Source of the DNA: Octopus vulgaris | Taxonomy: Eukaryota | Reading direction: 5' to 3' | Length of the DNA stretch: 64,000 nucleotides | NCBI GenBank assembly: GCA_951406725.2 | Contig: OX597838.1 | Location: 23,622,001-23,686,000 of the forward strand | Shown here: piece after piece, positions 23,979-36,240 of the stretch | Numbering within the stretch: the stretch's first letter is position 1 | How the letters are laid out: every line of letters starts with the position of its first letter | Translations under genes and position numbers: made by a program | Notes under the pieces: model-generated | Told to the model about the DNA's origin: nothing | Database searches by the model: none | The model's input: the letters and a program-made list of their open reading frames with translations, nothing else

Positions 23979-25707
23979 ACGTTCTTTAGCCTGCACGTTC
24001 TTTAGCCTGTGTGTTCTTTAGCTTGTGCGCTCTTTAGCTTGTGCACTCTTTAGCTTGTGCACTCTTTAGCTTGTGCACTCTTTAGCCTGTGCACTCTTTA
24101 GCCTGTGCACTCTTTAGCTTGTGCACTCTTTAGCTTGTGCACTCTTTAGCCTGTGCACTCTTTAGCCTGTGCACTCTTTAGCTTGTGCACTCTTTAGCCT
24201 GTGCACTCTTTAGCCTGTGCACTCTTTAGCTTGTGCACTCTTTAGCTTGTGCACTCTTTAGCTTGTGCACTCTTTAGCCTGTGCACTCTTTAGCTTGTGC
24301 ACTCTTTAGCTTGTGCACTCTTTAGCCTGTGCACTCTTTAGCTTGTGCACTCTTTAGCTTGTGCACTCTTTAGCTTGTGCACTCTTTAGCTTGTGCACTC
24401 TTTAGCTTGTGCACTCTTTAGCTTGTGCACTCTTTAGCTTGTGCACTCTTTAGCTGTGCACTCTTTAGCCTGTGCGCTCTTTAGCTTGTGCACTCTTTAG
24501 CTTGTGCACTCTTTAGCTTGTGCACCCTTTAGCCTGTGCGTTCTTTAGCTTGTGCACTCTTTAGCTTGTGCACTCTTTAGCTTGTGCACTCTTTAGCTTG
24601 TGCGTTCTTTAGCTTGTGCACTCTTTAGCCTGTGCGTTCTTTAGCTTGTGCACTCTTTAGCTTGTGCACTCTTTAGCTTGTGCACTCTTTAGCTTGTGCA
24701 CTCTTTAGCCTGTGCGTTCTTTAGCTTGTGCACTCTTTAGCCTGTGCACTCTTTAGCTTGTGCACTCTTTAGCTTGTGCACTCTTTAGCTTGTGCACTCT
24801 TTAGCCTGTGCACTCTTTAGCTTATGCACTCTTTAGCCTGTCCGCTGTTTAGTCTGTACGCTCTTTAGTTTGTGCGCTCTTTAGCCTGTACTCTCTTTAG
24901 CTTGTATGCTCTTTAGCCTGTCCGCTCTTCAGCCTGTGCGTTCTTTAGCCTGTCCGCTCTTTAGCTTGTGCGCTCTTTAGCCTGTGCATTCTTTAGCCTG
25001 TCCGCTCTTTAGCCTGTCCGCTCTTCAGCCTGTGCGTTCTTTAGCCTGTCCGCTCTTTAGCTTGTCCGCTCTTCAGCCTGTGCGTTCTTTAGCCTGTCCG
25101 CTGTTTAGTCTGTACGCTCTTTAGTTTGTGCGCTCTTTAGCCTGTCCGCTCTTCAGCCTGTGCGTTCTTTAGCCTGTCCGCTCTTTAGCTTGTCCGCTCT
25201 TTAGCCTGTACGCTCTTTAGCCTGTCCGCTGTTTAGTCTGTACGCTCTTTAGTTTGTGCGCTCTTTAGCCTGTACTCTGTTTAGCTTGTATGCTCTTTAG
25301 CCTGTCCGCTCTTCAGCCTGTGCGTTCTTTAGCCTGTCCGCTCTTTAGCTTGTGCGCTCTTTAGCCTGTGCGTTCTTTAGCCTGTCTACTCTTTAGCTTG
25401 TGCGCTCTTTAGCCTGTGCATTCTTTAGCCTGTCCGCTCTTTAGCCTGTCCGCTCTTCAGCCTGTGCGTTCTTTAGCCTGTCCGCTCTTTAGCTTGTCCG
25501 CTCTTCAGCCTGTGCGCTCTTTAGCCTGTCTACTCTTTAGCTTGTGCGCTCTTTAGCCTGTACGCTCTTTAGCCTGTACGCTCTTCAGCCCTTGCATTCT
25601 TTAGTCTGTCCTCTCTTTTGCCTGTACGCTCTTTAGCCTGTACCTTCTTTAGCCTGTACGCTCTTTATCCTGTGCACTCTTTAGCTTGTGCACTCTTTAG
25701 CCTGTAC
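23975..25707. repeat. 16-bp tandem satellite, ~108 units, consensus C(T/C)TGTGCACTCTTTAG
   Basis: Direct reading; homogeneous 5' half, variant-rich 3' half with a recurring block 384 bp (24 units) apart. Confidence 0.97.
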
Positions 25708-26163
25708 CTGAATATGGGGCAGGAAGAATTGAATTTGCCTTAGCCTGCAGAAGGGTTCCATCTACTCTCTCTTGTCATTCACAGTTGGCTTCAGCTGCCA
25801 TACTTGTTTGTCTCCTTGTTAGCTCACGAAATTTGCTGACTTCGCGTCATAATTAGAAATATTTAATAATGAGAGGGAGGGAGGCAAAAGATTCACCAAT
25901 ATTTCTGAAAAGAGGCCCTAAGGTACAGGTCTCCAGCTCCCTAATCGTGAATCATTTGAGATCGAACTGCACAGAAAGAAAACCAATATTTAAATTTCAT
26001 AGGCGTAGAAGTGGCTATGTGGTAAGTAGCTTGCTTACGAACCACATGGTTCCGGGTTCAGTCCCACTGCTTGGCACCTTGGGCAAGTGTCTTCTATTAT
26101 AGCCTCGGGCCAACCAAAGCTTTGTGAGTGGATTTGGTAGCTGGAAACTGAAAGAAGCATGTC

Positions 26164-26253
<90 letters not shown>

Positions 26254-27461
26254 AAGTCTATGTATATGTTTGTGTGTCTGTGTTTGTCCCCCCCAACATC
26301 GCTTGACAACCAAAGCTGGCGTGTTTACGTCCCTGTAACTTAGCCGTTTGGCAAAAGAGACCGATAGAATAAATACTACGCTTATTCACTACTAGCTTAA
26401 AAGCTGCACTCTGTGTGGACTTCTGGGCTAGTTCCTGCGGAAGGCTAAATTGGGCTTTCAGCCTAAAACTGAAGAGAGCAATAATAATAATAAAACATTT
26501 ATTGGTATCCTACCATCTCAGATTTATATCACAGAGTATCACATTCGGAGATCACCGTAAAACAACAGGATGAACAATATTCATTGTTGACAGACAGAAT
26601 GTCGTGTTTATTATTATTATATCTAAGGGAAGTAACTCTTGTAAACTGTTTGAAACCACATATGGTCGCTTTACCTACTAGAAATAGAAGTTCGAATACT
26701 CTTACATCAGATCCCAAAGCTGGATGTTCAACAACCAAATGTTGATTAGATATTGAATCCCAGGATCATCCTGATTCCAAAAGGGTAAAATATATCTATG
26801 TAGAGCAAATGTTGACTGAGATACAGGGGTTCCGGACACACAGATTTCATTTTTATTTATATAGATTGCACTCTCCAGGGACGAGCTGGCAGAATCGTTT
26901 TGCGCGCCTGGCGAAATGCTTCGCAGCATTTCGTCCGTCTTTACGTTCTGAGTTCAAATTCCGCCGGGGTCCACTTTGTCTTTCATCCTTTCGGAATCGA
27001 TAGAATAAATACCACTTAAACACCGGGGTCGATGTAATCGACTCTGCCCCTTCCTCCAAATCCTACTGGACTTGTGCCAAAATTTGAAACCATTTATTGA
27101 AACTGCGGCCATGCTTGAAGGATTTTTTTGCCGAATGAACCGACCCCAGGGCTTATTTTATTTTAAAACATGGTATTTATTCTATTGTTCTCTTTTCCCG
27201 ATTCACTAAGTTATGGGGACATAGGCACATCAACACCGGTTGTCAAGTATTGATAGGAGACAAACACACACACACACACACACACGTACGTACATACATA
27301 TGATGTTCTGTTTTTAGTTTCTGTCAACCAATTCCACGCACAAAGCTTTGGTCGGATCGAGGCTATAGTAGAAGACACTTGCCCAAGATGGCACGCAGTG
27401 GGACTGAACCCAGAACCATGTGGCTGGGGAACAAACTTCTTACCACACAATCACGCCTGTA

Positions 27462-27551
<90 letters not shown>

Positions 27552-27811
27552 AGTACAGGCGTGAAACTGATTAACAGCTTCATAATAATTTTGCAGCTTT
27601 AATAAAAGCATATTACTCTACCTTTGGTATTCGAGTACTATTTTCTTCCACCTTGTTTTGCATTAACGAGATAATGGCATGGAGTTTGAGCGAGATTTTA
27701 ACTGCTATTTCTAGTGTATCTCATGATCATGTAGAAGCTCCTTCGGCGACTGTTGATGTGGACAGAAGCTCATCTCACATCAACACGATGCAAGAGAAAT
27801 ATGTTCTCACG

Positions 27812-28221
27812 GCAGCGAGTTGGCCGAAACGTTAGCACGCCGGGCGAAATACTTAGCGGCTTTCGTCTGCCGTTACGTTCTGAGTTCAAATTCAGCTGAG
27901 GTCGACTTTGCCTTTTATCCTTTCGGGGTCGATAAATTAAGTACCAGTTACGCACTGGGGATCGATGTAATCGACTTAATACCTATGTCTGTCCTTTTTT
28001 GTCCCCTCTATGTTTAGCCCCTTGTGGGCAATAAAGAAATAGGTATTTCGTCTGCCGTTACGTTCTGAGTTCAAATTCAGCCGAAGTCGTTTTGCCTTTT
28101 AGCCTTTCGGGGTCGATAAATTAAGTACCAGTTACGCACTAGGTTGATGTAATCGACTTAATCCCTTTGTCTGTCCTTGTTTGTCCCCTCTATATTTGTC
28201 CCCTTGTGAGCAATAAAGAAA
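27812..28221 (+). mobile_element. SINE A dimer
   Basis: Headed unit plus head-less unit from 28043; flanked by imperfect repeat AGAAATATGT(T/G)CT(C/T)AC. Confidence 0.85.
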
Positions 28222-28534
28222 AAGAAATATGTGCTTACTTGTGTGTGTGTGTGTGTGTAATAATTAAATTATATATCATGCCCTTTATTGCGTGATCCCC
28301 TTCTCTGTTCGTGGAAAAATTATCTTCCAAAAAACCGGTCCGTGATATGATTGGGGCGTTTAAAGACGATACGAAATGACAGACGTGCGAAAGTTTAGAG
28401 TTGCCTTGACTTATCTCCCTTGTATCATATTGATGTGAGTGATGAGTTTCTGTTCACATAAAGGAGTCGCTACTTGATCATATACTAGAAATAGCAGCTA
28501 ACATCCTAACTCAAACTCCATTCTACTGTCTTGG

Positions 28535-28589
<55 letters not shown>

Positions 28590-28887
28590 AAGGACACTTC
28601 GGGGAACAGAGCTAGATACATGATGATGGAGAAAAGCGATGGGAATGTCGTGCTTGGAAAGTCCGATCGGGACTGATCTGGGGCTTAACAACAGCAACTC
28701 TGTAAAAAGCGATAAGCTGTTATTGTTGCTGTTTAGCCCCAGGTCAGCTCTGGTCTTTCATATCTATAATCAAAGACGCTCCAATGGCGTGGTATCTCTT
28801 CTTTTATTCCCGGCCCATATTAGATTAATGTTAAGCCTTTCTTAATTTTAAGATGTTAGCTTGCAAGTTGAAAGTTATGTGAATTGT

Positions 28888-29283
28888 TGAGCTGGCAGAA
28901 ACGTTAGCGCACCGGGCGAAATGCTTAGCGGTATTTCGTCTGCCGCTACGTTCTGAGTTCAAATTCCGCCGAGGTCGACTTTGCCTTTCATCCTTTCGGG
29001 GTTGATAAATTAAGTACCAGTTACGCACTGGGGTCGATGTAATCGATTTAATACCTATGTCTGTCTTTGTTTGTCCCCTCTGTGTTTAGCCCCTTGTAGG
29101 CAATAAAGAAATAGGTATTTCGTCTGAGTTCAAATTCCGCCGAGGTCGACTTTGCCTTTCATCCTTTCGGGGTCGATAAATAAAGTACCAGTTTCGCACT
29201 GGGATCTATGTAATCGACTTTATCCCTTTGTCTGTCCTTGTTTGTCCCCTCTATGTTTAGCCCCTTGTGGGCAGTAAAGAAAT
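28888..29283 (+). mobile_element. SINE A dimer
   Basis: Second unit restarts at GTATTTCGTCTG (29115). Confidence 0.85.
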
Positions 29284-29590
29284 ATATTTTGTAGCAAATC
29301 AACCAGCGCCGTGGAGGGTATGTAGCTGGTGTTGTTGTTTAGCCACGCGTCAGCCCTGATCCAGCAGACCTGTGATCAACGACATTCCAATTGTGATCAT
29401 CCTATTCTAATTTTCATACACTGTATATCTCCAGCCATATTATTCCATTCTTTTCTTTAGATGTTACAGTATAGTTCTGATGGCGATTTGGCTGCTATTT
29501 CTTCCAATGTTACCAAAATCCTAGAAATGAGTCGATAACAGCGATCAAAAGACTTGTGGTTTCTGTCTGGCCACCAGTGTTTGTGCAGAA

Positions 29591-29825
29591 ATCTATTTCT
29601 TTACTACCCACAAGGGGCTAAACACAGAGGGGACAAACAAGTTCAGACAAACTGATTAAGTCGATTACATCGAGCCCAGTGCGTAACTGGTACTTATTTA
29701 ATCGACCCCGAAAGGATGAAAGGCAAAGTCGACCACGGCGGAATTTGAACTCAGAACGTAGTGACAGACAAAATACTGCTAAGCATTTCGCCCGGTGTGC
29801 TAACGTTTCTGCCAGCTCGCCGCCT
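29591..29825 (-). mobile_element. SINE A monomer with TSD
   Basis: Full head and body; TTTGTGCAGAA on both sides. Confidence 0.85.
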
Positions 29826-29886
29826 TTTGTGCAGAAGCCATGACTGAGGTACTTCACTGCTCACAAGGGAATCCTGCTCACATCTA

Positions 29887-30290
29887 CAACTGGCACTCCG
29901 TCGGTTACGACGACGAAGCTTCCTGTTGATTCGATCAACGGAACAGCCTGTTCGGGAAATTAACGATGCAAGTGGCTGAGCACTCCACAGACAAGCATAC
30001 CCTTAACGGGCACCGTCATGTTATTAGCTGTCAGAAGTGAAAGTAGAAAAATCTGAAGTCAACTTCGTTTATTTACGTTAGTGCCCCTTAACGTAGTTCT
30101 CAGGGAGATTCAGTGTGACACAGAATGGGACAAAGTTCGCCCTTTGGATTAAAGGTACAACACATTTTTGCCAGTAGAGTGGGCCAGAACAATGTTAAAT
30201 AAAATGTCTTGCTCAAGGACACAACGCACCCCTGAGAATCGAAACCACGACTTTATGATCGTGAGGCGAATACCCTAACCACTGAGCCTT
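29887..30290 (-). mobile_element. SINE family F (tRNA-like head, TGTGTCCTTGAGCAAGAC block)
   Basis: Minus strand GGCTCAGTGGTTAGGGTATTCG..GGTTTCGATTC then GTTGTGTCCTTGAGCAAGACA; related decayed pieces at ~1010-1120 and ~30550-30630. Confidence 0.7.
30009..30085. mobile_element. 77-bp mini DNA transposon (Merlin-like ends) nested in SINE F
   Basis: GGCAC...GTGCC termini; perfect 8-bp TSD CCTTAACG at 30001-30008 and 30086-30093. Confidence 0.7.
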
Positions 30291-31503
30291 CACTGATGGA
30301 ACAATGCTACTGTTCTAGCTACACACACGGAAATCTTAGAGTGCACTCAACAGAAGGCCGTTCTACTGATTGCTGTTTAATTCCAGGTCAGCGCTGATCA
30401 AGCAGACCTATATCCACAGGTATTCCAGCCGTGACTGTCAAGTCTTTTAGGACTACATTATCTAATGTATCTTCTCATTAAGATAGCAGGGAGGTATTTG
30501 AGGAAAACTATGTCGTTATTTTTAGTAATTCCAGTGGCCACATTACAACTCTGTGTCACGTTGAATCTCCCCGAGGACTACGTTAAGGGTAGATGTGTCT
30601 GTAGAATGCTCAGCCACTTGCACATTAAATGAGCTGCTACGTCACTGGTGCCAAGCTGTATCGGCATCTTTGCCTTTCCCTTGGATAACATCGGTGGCAT
30701 GGAGACGGGAGGCTGGTATGCGTGGGCGACTGCTGGTCTTCCATAAAGAACCTTGCCCAGACTTGTGCCTGGGAGGGTAACTTTCTAGGTGCAATCCCAT
30801 GGTCATTCATAACCGTAGGGGGTCACAATGTTTACCCCTAGGTCAGTTCTGGTCCTGCATATCTTTAATCAAAGACGCTCCAATCGCGGGTATATCTTCT
30901 TTTATTCTATGTCTACATTATCCAATGTTAAGTCTTTCCTAATTTTAAGATGTTAGCTTGCAAGTTGAAAGTTACGTGAATTCTTATCTCTAGCAAATCG
31001 TCTGCGCAGCAGATAACTCCTCACAAATTTTTTTTCTCATAATAATCTTGGATTATCTCCCCTGAGTTTTAATCCTGCGGAACTGAGAGATAAATATTTG
31101 GTCTCATAATAGTAGGGTTTTATTCGCCATCTACTTCATTGTAAACTGGTAACGTACCATAGTTAGGTACAGTCCGCCTTGATGTAAGAATGTACTATGG
31201 AGAGGCACAGATCGATTGACCATAGAGATGAGATTAAATAACCTTACTGTAGCATATATTAGTCTATCACAAAACGTGTTTTATCGTCGTCGTCGTCGTC
31301 ACCGATCAACCGATGCTGGGGTGTTTACTTCCCAGTAACTTAACAGTTCGGTAATAGAGACTGCTAGAATAAGTACTAGGCCTACAAAAAATAAGTCCTA
31401 GGGTCGATATGCTTGACTAAAGGCGATGCCCCAGCACGGCTGCAATCAAATGACTGAAACAAGTAAAAGAATATATATATTTATATATATATATGTACGT
31501 ATG

Positions 31504-31550
<47 letters not shown>

Positions 31551-32066
31551 ATATATGTATGTATATATATGTATATATATGATATATATGTATATATATG
31601 TGTATATATATATATAAAGAAACAAGTTAAAAGTAGTGGTTATTACATATAGTTCCTGAATAACATGTAATGACCATTATTTTTTACTTGTTTCTTATAT
31701 ATCACTCTGTGTAAAAACCAGTTTGTCTGGAGCCCATCCACGGATTTACAATATAGAATTGTGATGAACCATAACTTGGAACCCTACCAAAAGATTACTT
31801 GGAGTTCCAACAGAGAGCTTAGGAAGTATTTTGCTCAGACTGATAATCCCTCTCTGTTTGTTCTATATATATATATGTGTGTGTGTGTGTGTGCGTTTGT
31901 ATGTATGTATGTATGTATATATTCATTTATTTATTTATTTTTGCTTGCAATAGCCAGTTCGTTTAGTCAAACTATTGTATCTCCAACTGCTTCAGATGCC
32001 AAGATATCAAAAATTGCTAAAGTGTAGTACAGCAGTTTTAGTTGATCTTACCATAACAGAACAGTA

Positions 32067-32164
<98 letters not shown>

Positions 32165-32292
32165 GTATATATATGTATGTATGTATATATAAGTGGCTGT
32201 GTGGTAAGTAGCTTGGTGAAACTATTTTTTCATTTTCTGAAAAAGTACCATATTAGACTTACGACACTTTTGCATAATAGTAATGATATACA

Positions 32293-32521
32293 GGGGTTGC
32301 ACCAGTTTGCAGAGCGCCTCCAAGGCATCGGACTTGGTAATGACACCTCGATCTCGCACCACTTCCACTCTACTGGTCATTCACTACAACATCTGTCTGT
32401 GTTCAGACTGCCTCTGCACAGGGGCCACTCGGACTCCTGCTTTTGCTGTGAACAGGAATTAATCTTCTCTCTTTGTTACTTTGCATCACATGGGCTCAAC
32501 TCACTTCCTCTCTTCATCTGA
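32293..32521 (+). mobile_element. Penelope-like element remnant: GIY-YIG endonuclease C-terminal region, followed by a CA-rich tract to ~33040
   Basis: HQFAERLQGI..TSISHHFHSTGHSLQHLSVF..EQELIFSL..HGLN fits the PLE pattern RF.EH..I..HF...H..L....R...E..LI..L..P.GLN. Confidence 0.72.
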
Positions 32522-33049
32522 CACCAACCCCACATGGATTCCCACACACCTCCCACATTCAACTGACCCTCCACCAACACACCTGCATACTGCCTACCTC
32601 AGTACTCTCACCACACACACACTGCTATACAAATACCCATACACACTGTTCAACTCATTACACACTTCATACACCATCACACACACACACCCACAGCACC
32701 TTCCCATATCACACACTTCTCAGCACCCGCACCACACACCATTATCCACACACCCACACACAATCTTCTATAGCATCACCGCACATAGCACACTATACAA
32801 GCAGCCACGCACACAGTTTAGCTCAGTACACACATCACACATCATCATGCACACCCTCACACCCACACAAGCACACAATACCTGAATACAGGCAACTTAT
32901 ACACACACATGCAATACACATATACACATAAACAAATGTAGCATGCATAGATGAAGATAACTTTCACCCAGAAACATACACTATGTACGTGCACACACAC
33001 CACTTGAACAAGCACACATCAACAACAACACAACACACACAATAAAGAA

Positions 33050-33106
33050 ATATATCTATCTATCTATCTATCTATCTATCCATCTATCCATCTATCTATC
33101 TATCTA

Positions 33107-33147
<41 letters not shown>

Positions 33148-33173
33148 ATCTATCTATCTCTCTCTATCTCTCC

Positions 33174-33226
<53 letters not shown>

Positions 33227-33231
33227 CCTAC
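33050..33231. repeat. Compound (TATC)n/(TC)n microsatellite
   Basis: Direct reading. Confidence 0.95.
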
Positions 33232-33777
33232 CTGTTAAAAGGAGGGCCGGGCATGCCTTGATTGATGATGTGCAGATACACACTGAAACTGTGACATCTC
33301 CGGCTCTACATAGACGACGGCGAACAGGTGTGGTCGCCGTTTTTGAGGCACGCTTTCCCACATCTCGTCTCCAAGTCCGAACTGCAATCATGGATCAAAA
33401 AGAAACTGAGGAAGGGTGAATGGCACCGTGAGTGTCACATTGCTCCCAAGCATCTGTGCTCTCCCAGGTCGACCTTGAGCGACTTCAACACAAGCAAAAT
33501 ATTCTATAGGGGATTAGTGGAGGGGAGGTACAACAACGATCTTGGGGTGAACCTGGGCATCGATGAGGAATACCTGACCCGCCTGTTCAAGACAACTTTC
33601 GGGCTGGGAGCTATGGACAACATCCAGAGATCCCTGGCCTGGCAGTGCTATCGAGAAGCACTACCCATTCGGGTTAAACTCTACAGGCATGGCTTGAGAA
33701 ACACGGGGCCGACCTGCCTAAGATGCAGTCAGAGCGACAAAACCATCCTTCACACACTCATACAGTGTCCAACCATA
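33232..33777 (+). mobile_element. L1/Tx1-clade LINE ORF2 fragment (post-RT region plus CCHC zf-RVT)
   Basis: KGG.GMP..., VWSPFLR, FYRGL, RSLAWQCYREALPIRVKL, CLRCSQSDKTILHTLIQCP (C-x2-C...H...C knuckle); in-frame stops upstream of ORF 33328. Confidence 0.85.
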
Positions 33778-34347
33778 CACATACGGAGTGGTTGGCATTA
33801 GGAAGGGCATCCAGCTGTAGAAACACTGCCAAATCAGACTGGAGCCTGGTGCAGCCTCTTGGCTTCCCAGACCTCGGTTGAACCGTCCAACCCATGCTAG
33901 CATGGAAAACGGATGTTAAACGATGATGATGATATATATATATTCTTTTATTCTTTTCTTTATTTCAGCCAATTGACTGCGGCCATGTTGGAGCACCGCC
34001 TTTAGTCGAACAAATCAACCTCAGGAATTATTCTTTGTAAACCTAGTACTTATTCTATTGGTCTCTTTTGCCAAACCACTAAGTTATGGGGACATAAACA
34101 CACCAACATCGGTTATCAAGCAGCAATGGTGGGGAGACAAACACAGACACACACATATACATATATGTGTGTGTGTGTGTATATATATATATACGTTGGG
34201 CTTCTATCAGTTTCTGTCTACTACATCCACTCACAAGGCTTTGGTTGGTCCAAGGCTATAGGAGAAGACACTTGCCTAAGGTGCCATGCGGGACTGAACC
34301 CGAAACCATGTGGTTTGGAAGGAAGCTTCTTACCACACAACCACTCC

Positions 34348-34495
34348 CAAGGGCAGACTGAGCCGTTGGTCAATCAGACACTGCCTGAAGGCCCAGAGCT
34401 CTGAGGGGCTCACACTTTACATGTTTGATATCAATACTAAGGGACCCAGTGGACAGTTATGTACAAGGGCCCTTAATAATCTCAGTTCACTCCTG
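34348..34495. mobile_element. hAT-type MITE (148 bp) inserted in a SINE B head
   Basis: Ends CAAGGGCAGACTGAG / CTCAGTTCACTCCTG; degenerate TSD ACCACTCC / GCCACTGC derived from the SINE's GCCACTCC. Confidence 0.7.
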
Positions 34496-34503
34496 GCCAC
34501 TGC

Positions 34504-34538
<35 letters not shown>

Positions 34539-34622
34539 GAACTAGTTTTGTTTGGACTGTGTGCCTATATACATGCTCTGTGTAAACATGTATGTATAAA
34601 AAATGCTACTATGAGTCTTAGG

Positions 34623-35076
34623 CATGCATGGGCAACTGTGGCCTTCGACATGTTTTGGTGTGGCTGTCAAGGAGTTTCTAGGTTACTAATTTCATACAAT
34701 GATGCAGCACGGATTTTTGTCAGTGAACAGGTCGCAGTCTTAAAGCGACGAAAATATTTTGACAAATTAAACGGCTTTTGTGTGTTTCTTAAATGGCTTA
34801 CAAACACCTTCCACGCTGCAATTGTTTTCATTTCAGCACACGATCTCAGATCAAATCACTTGCTATGCAAGTACATCTCCGTAATTTCATACTAAGACAA
34901 ATAAAATTTCATACCAAGACAAATGAAGTTAAGAAGAATTCAAAAAAATTCAGTGTAAAGTGGGCAAGTAATATTTCATGCATATGTGTTATATCATGTG
35001 GCCCTCTCACACTTGGAAATGGTACGATGCGGTGGCGGGGAGTAGGGGGAAGTTGACGAAAAGTTGCCCATCCCTG
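34623..35076. mobile_element. hAT (Charlie-like) MITE (454 bp)
   Basis: Ends CATGCATGGGCAACT / AGTTGCCCATCCCTG; TSD GTCTTAGG (34615-22) / GTCTAAGG (35077-84). Confidence 0.78.
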
Positions 35077-35098
35077 GTCTAAGGTATGTAGACATACC

Positions 35099-35244
35099 GA
35101 GGTCGACTTTGCCTTTCATCCTTTCGGGGTCGATTAAATAAGTACCAGTTACGCACTGGGGTCGATATAATCGACTTAATCCGTTTGTCTGTCTGTCCTT
35201 GTTCGTCCCATCTTTGTTTAGCCCCTTGTGGGTAGTAAAGAAAT
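35099..35244 (+). mobile_element. 5'-truncated SINE A with 17-bp TSD
   Basis: AGGTATGTAGACATACC at 35082-35098 and 35245-35261. Confidence 0.85.
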
Positions 35245-35579
35245 AGGTATGTAGACATACCTGTAGCAAGTTTTTGTTGTTTTCATAATAATATTGTGTC
35301 ACACGGTTTCAGAGTACATCTATGGTCTGATAAACTGATACAATTCCACTTTAGCTGGAACTGTGTCAGTAATCTGTTATAGAAAAACAGTCATTTTTAA
35401 TGTTTTGTGATGTGTATTATTGTTGTGAAATAAAATGTTAATTGTATTTGTAAAGCCATGAGTTTGTTGCGTGACTTTAAATGGTTGTTTGTGTGTGTCA
35501 GTGTGTCTGTGTGTGCGCATGAAAGATGATGAAAGCTGAGCAGAAAAGATCAGTGTCACCTATAACAGAGAGAATGTCA

Positions 35580-36240
35580 GGAAGGGAGGGAGAGAGAGAG
35601 AGAGAGAGAAAGGGAGAAAGGGCGTGAGAAAGACAGAATGACAGGCAGACAGACAGAAAGAAATAGAGAAAGAGAGAGAGGAAGAGAAAGAGACTGGGAG
35701 AAAAACAGAGAGACAGAGAAGAACTGAGAGAAGGGGAAACAGAGAGAGACAATAACAGAAAGAGACAGAGAAAAAGAAGGGAGAGCGAGAAAGAGAAAGA
35801 GAAAGTCAGACAATAAGAGAAAGAGAACAATAGAAGGAGAGAGAGAGAAACAGAGAGACAGGCAATAAGAGAAAGAGACAGAGAGAAGAGAGAGACAGAG
35901 ACAGAGACAGACAATAAGAGAAAGAGAACAATAGAAGGAGAGAGAGAGAGAAACAGAGACAGGCAATAAGGGAAAGAGACTGAGAATAGGAGAGATATAC
36001 AGACAATAAGAGAAAGAGAGAGAGGAGAGAGAGGGAGAGAGAGACAGAGGGACAGACAATAAGAGAAAGAGCCTGAGAAAAGGAGAGACAGACAGACAAT
36101 AAGAGAAAGAGAACAATAGAAGGAGAGAGAGAGAAAAACAGAGAGATTGACAGACAGACAGAGAGACTGAGAGATGAGCAGAGAGACAATGGGAGATGGT
36201 GAGAGAGAGTCAGAGACAAAGTGCGAGGGAGACAAGGAGA
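35580..36240. repeat. Purine-rich (GA/GACA) degenerate minisatellite
   Basis: Recurring GACAATAAGAGAAAGAGA and AACAATAGAAGGAGAGAG blocks; source of the S/L-rich minus-strand ORFs. Confidence 0.9.

Noticed and set aside
23975-25707. CRISPR-like array
   Set aside because: Contiguous 16-bp units without unique spacers; eukaryotic context, no cas genes; no long ORF on either strand.
35498-36235. 245-aa Ser/Leu-rich ORF and overlapping ORFs
   Set aside because: Translation of a GA/CT minisatellite, open in several frames.
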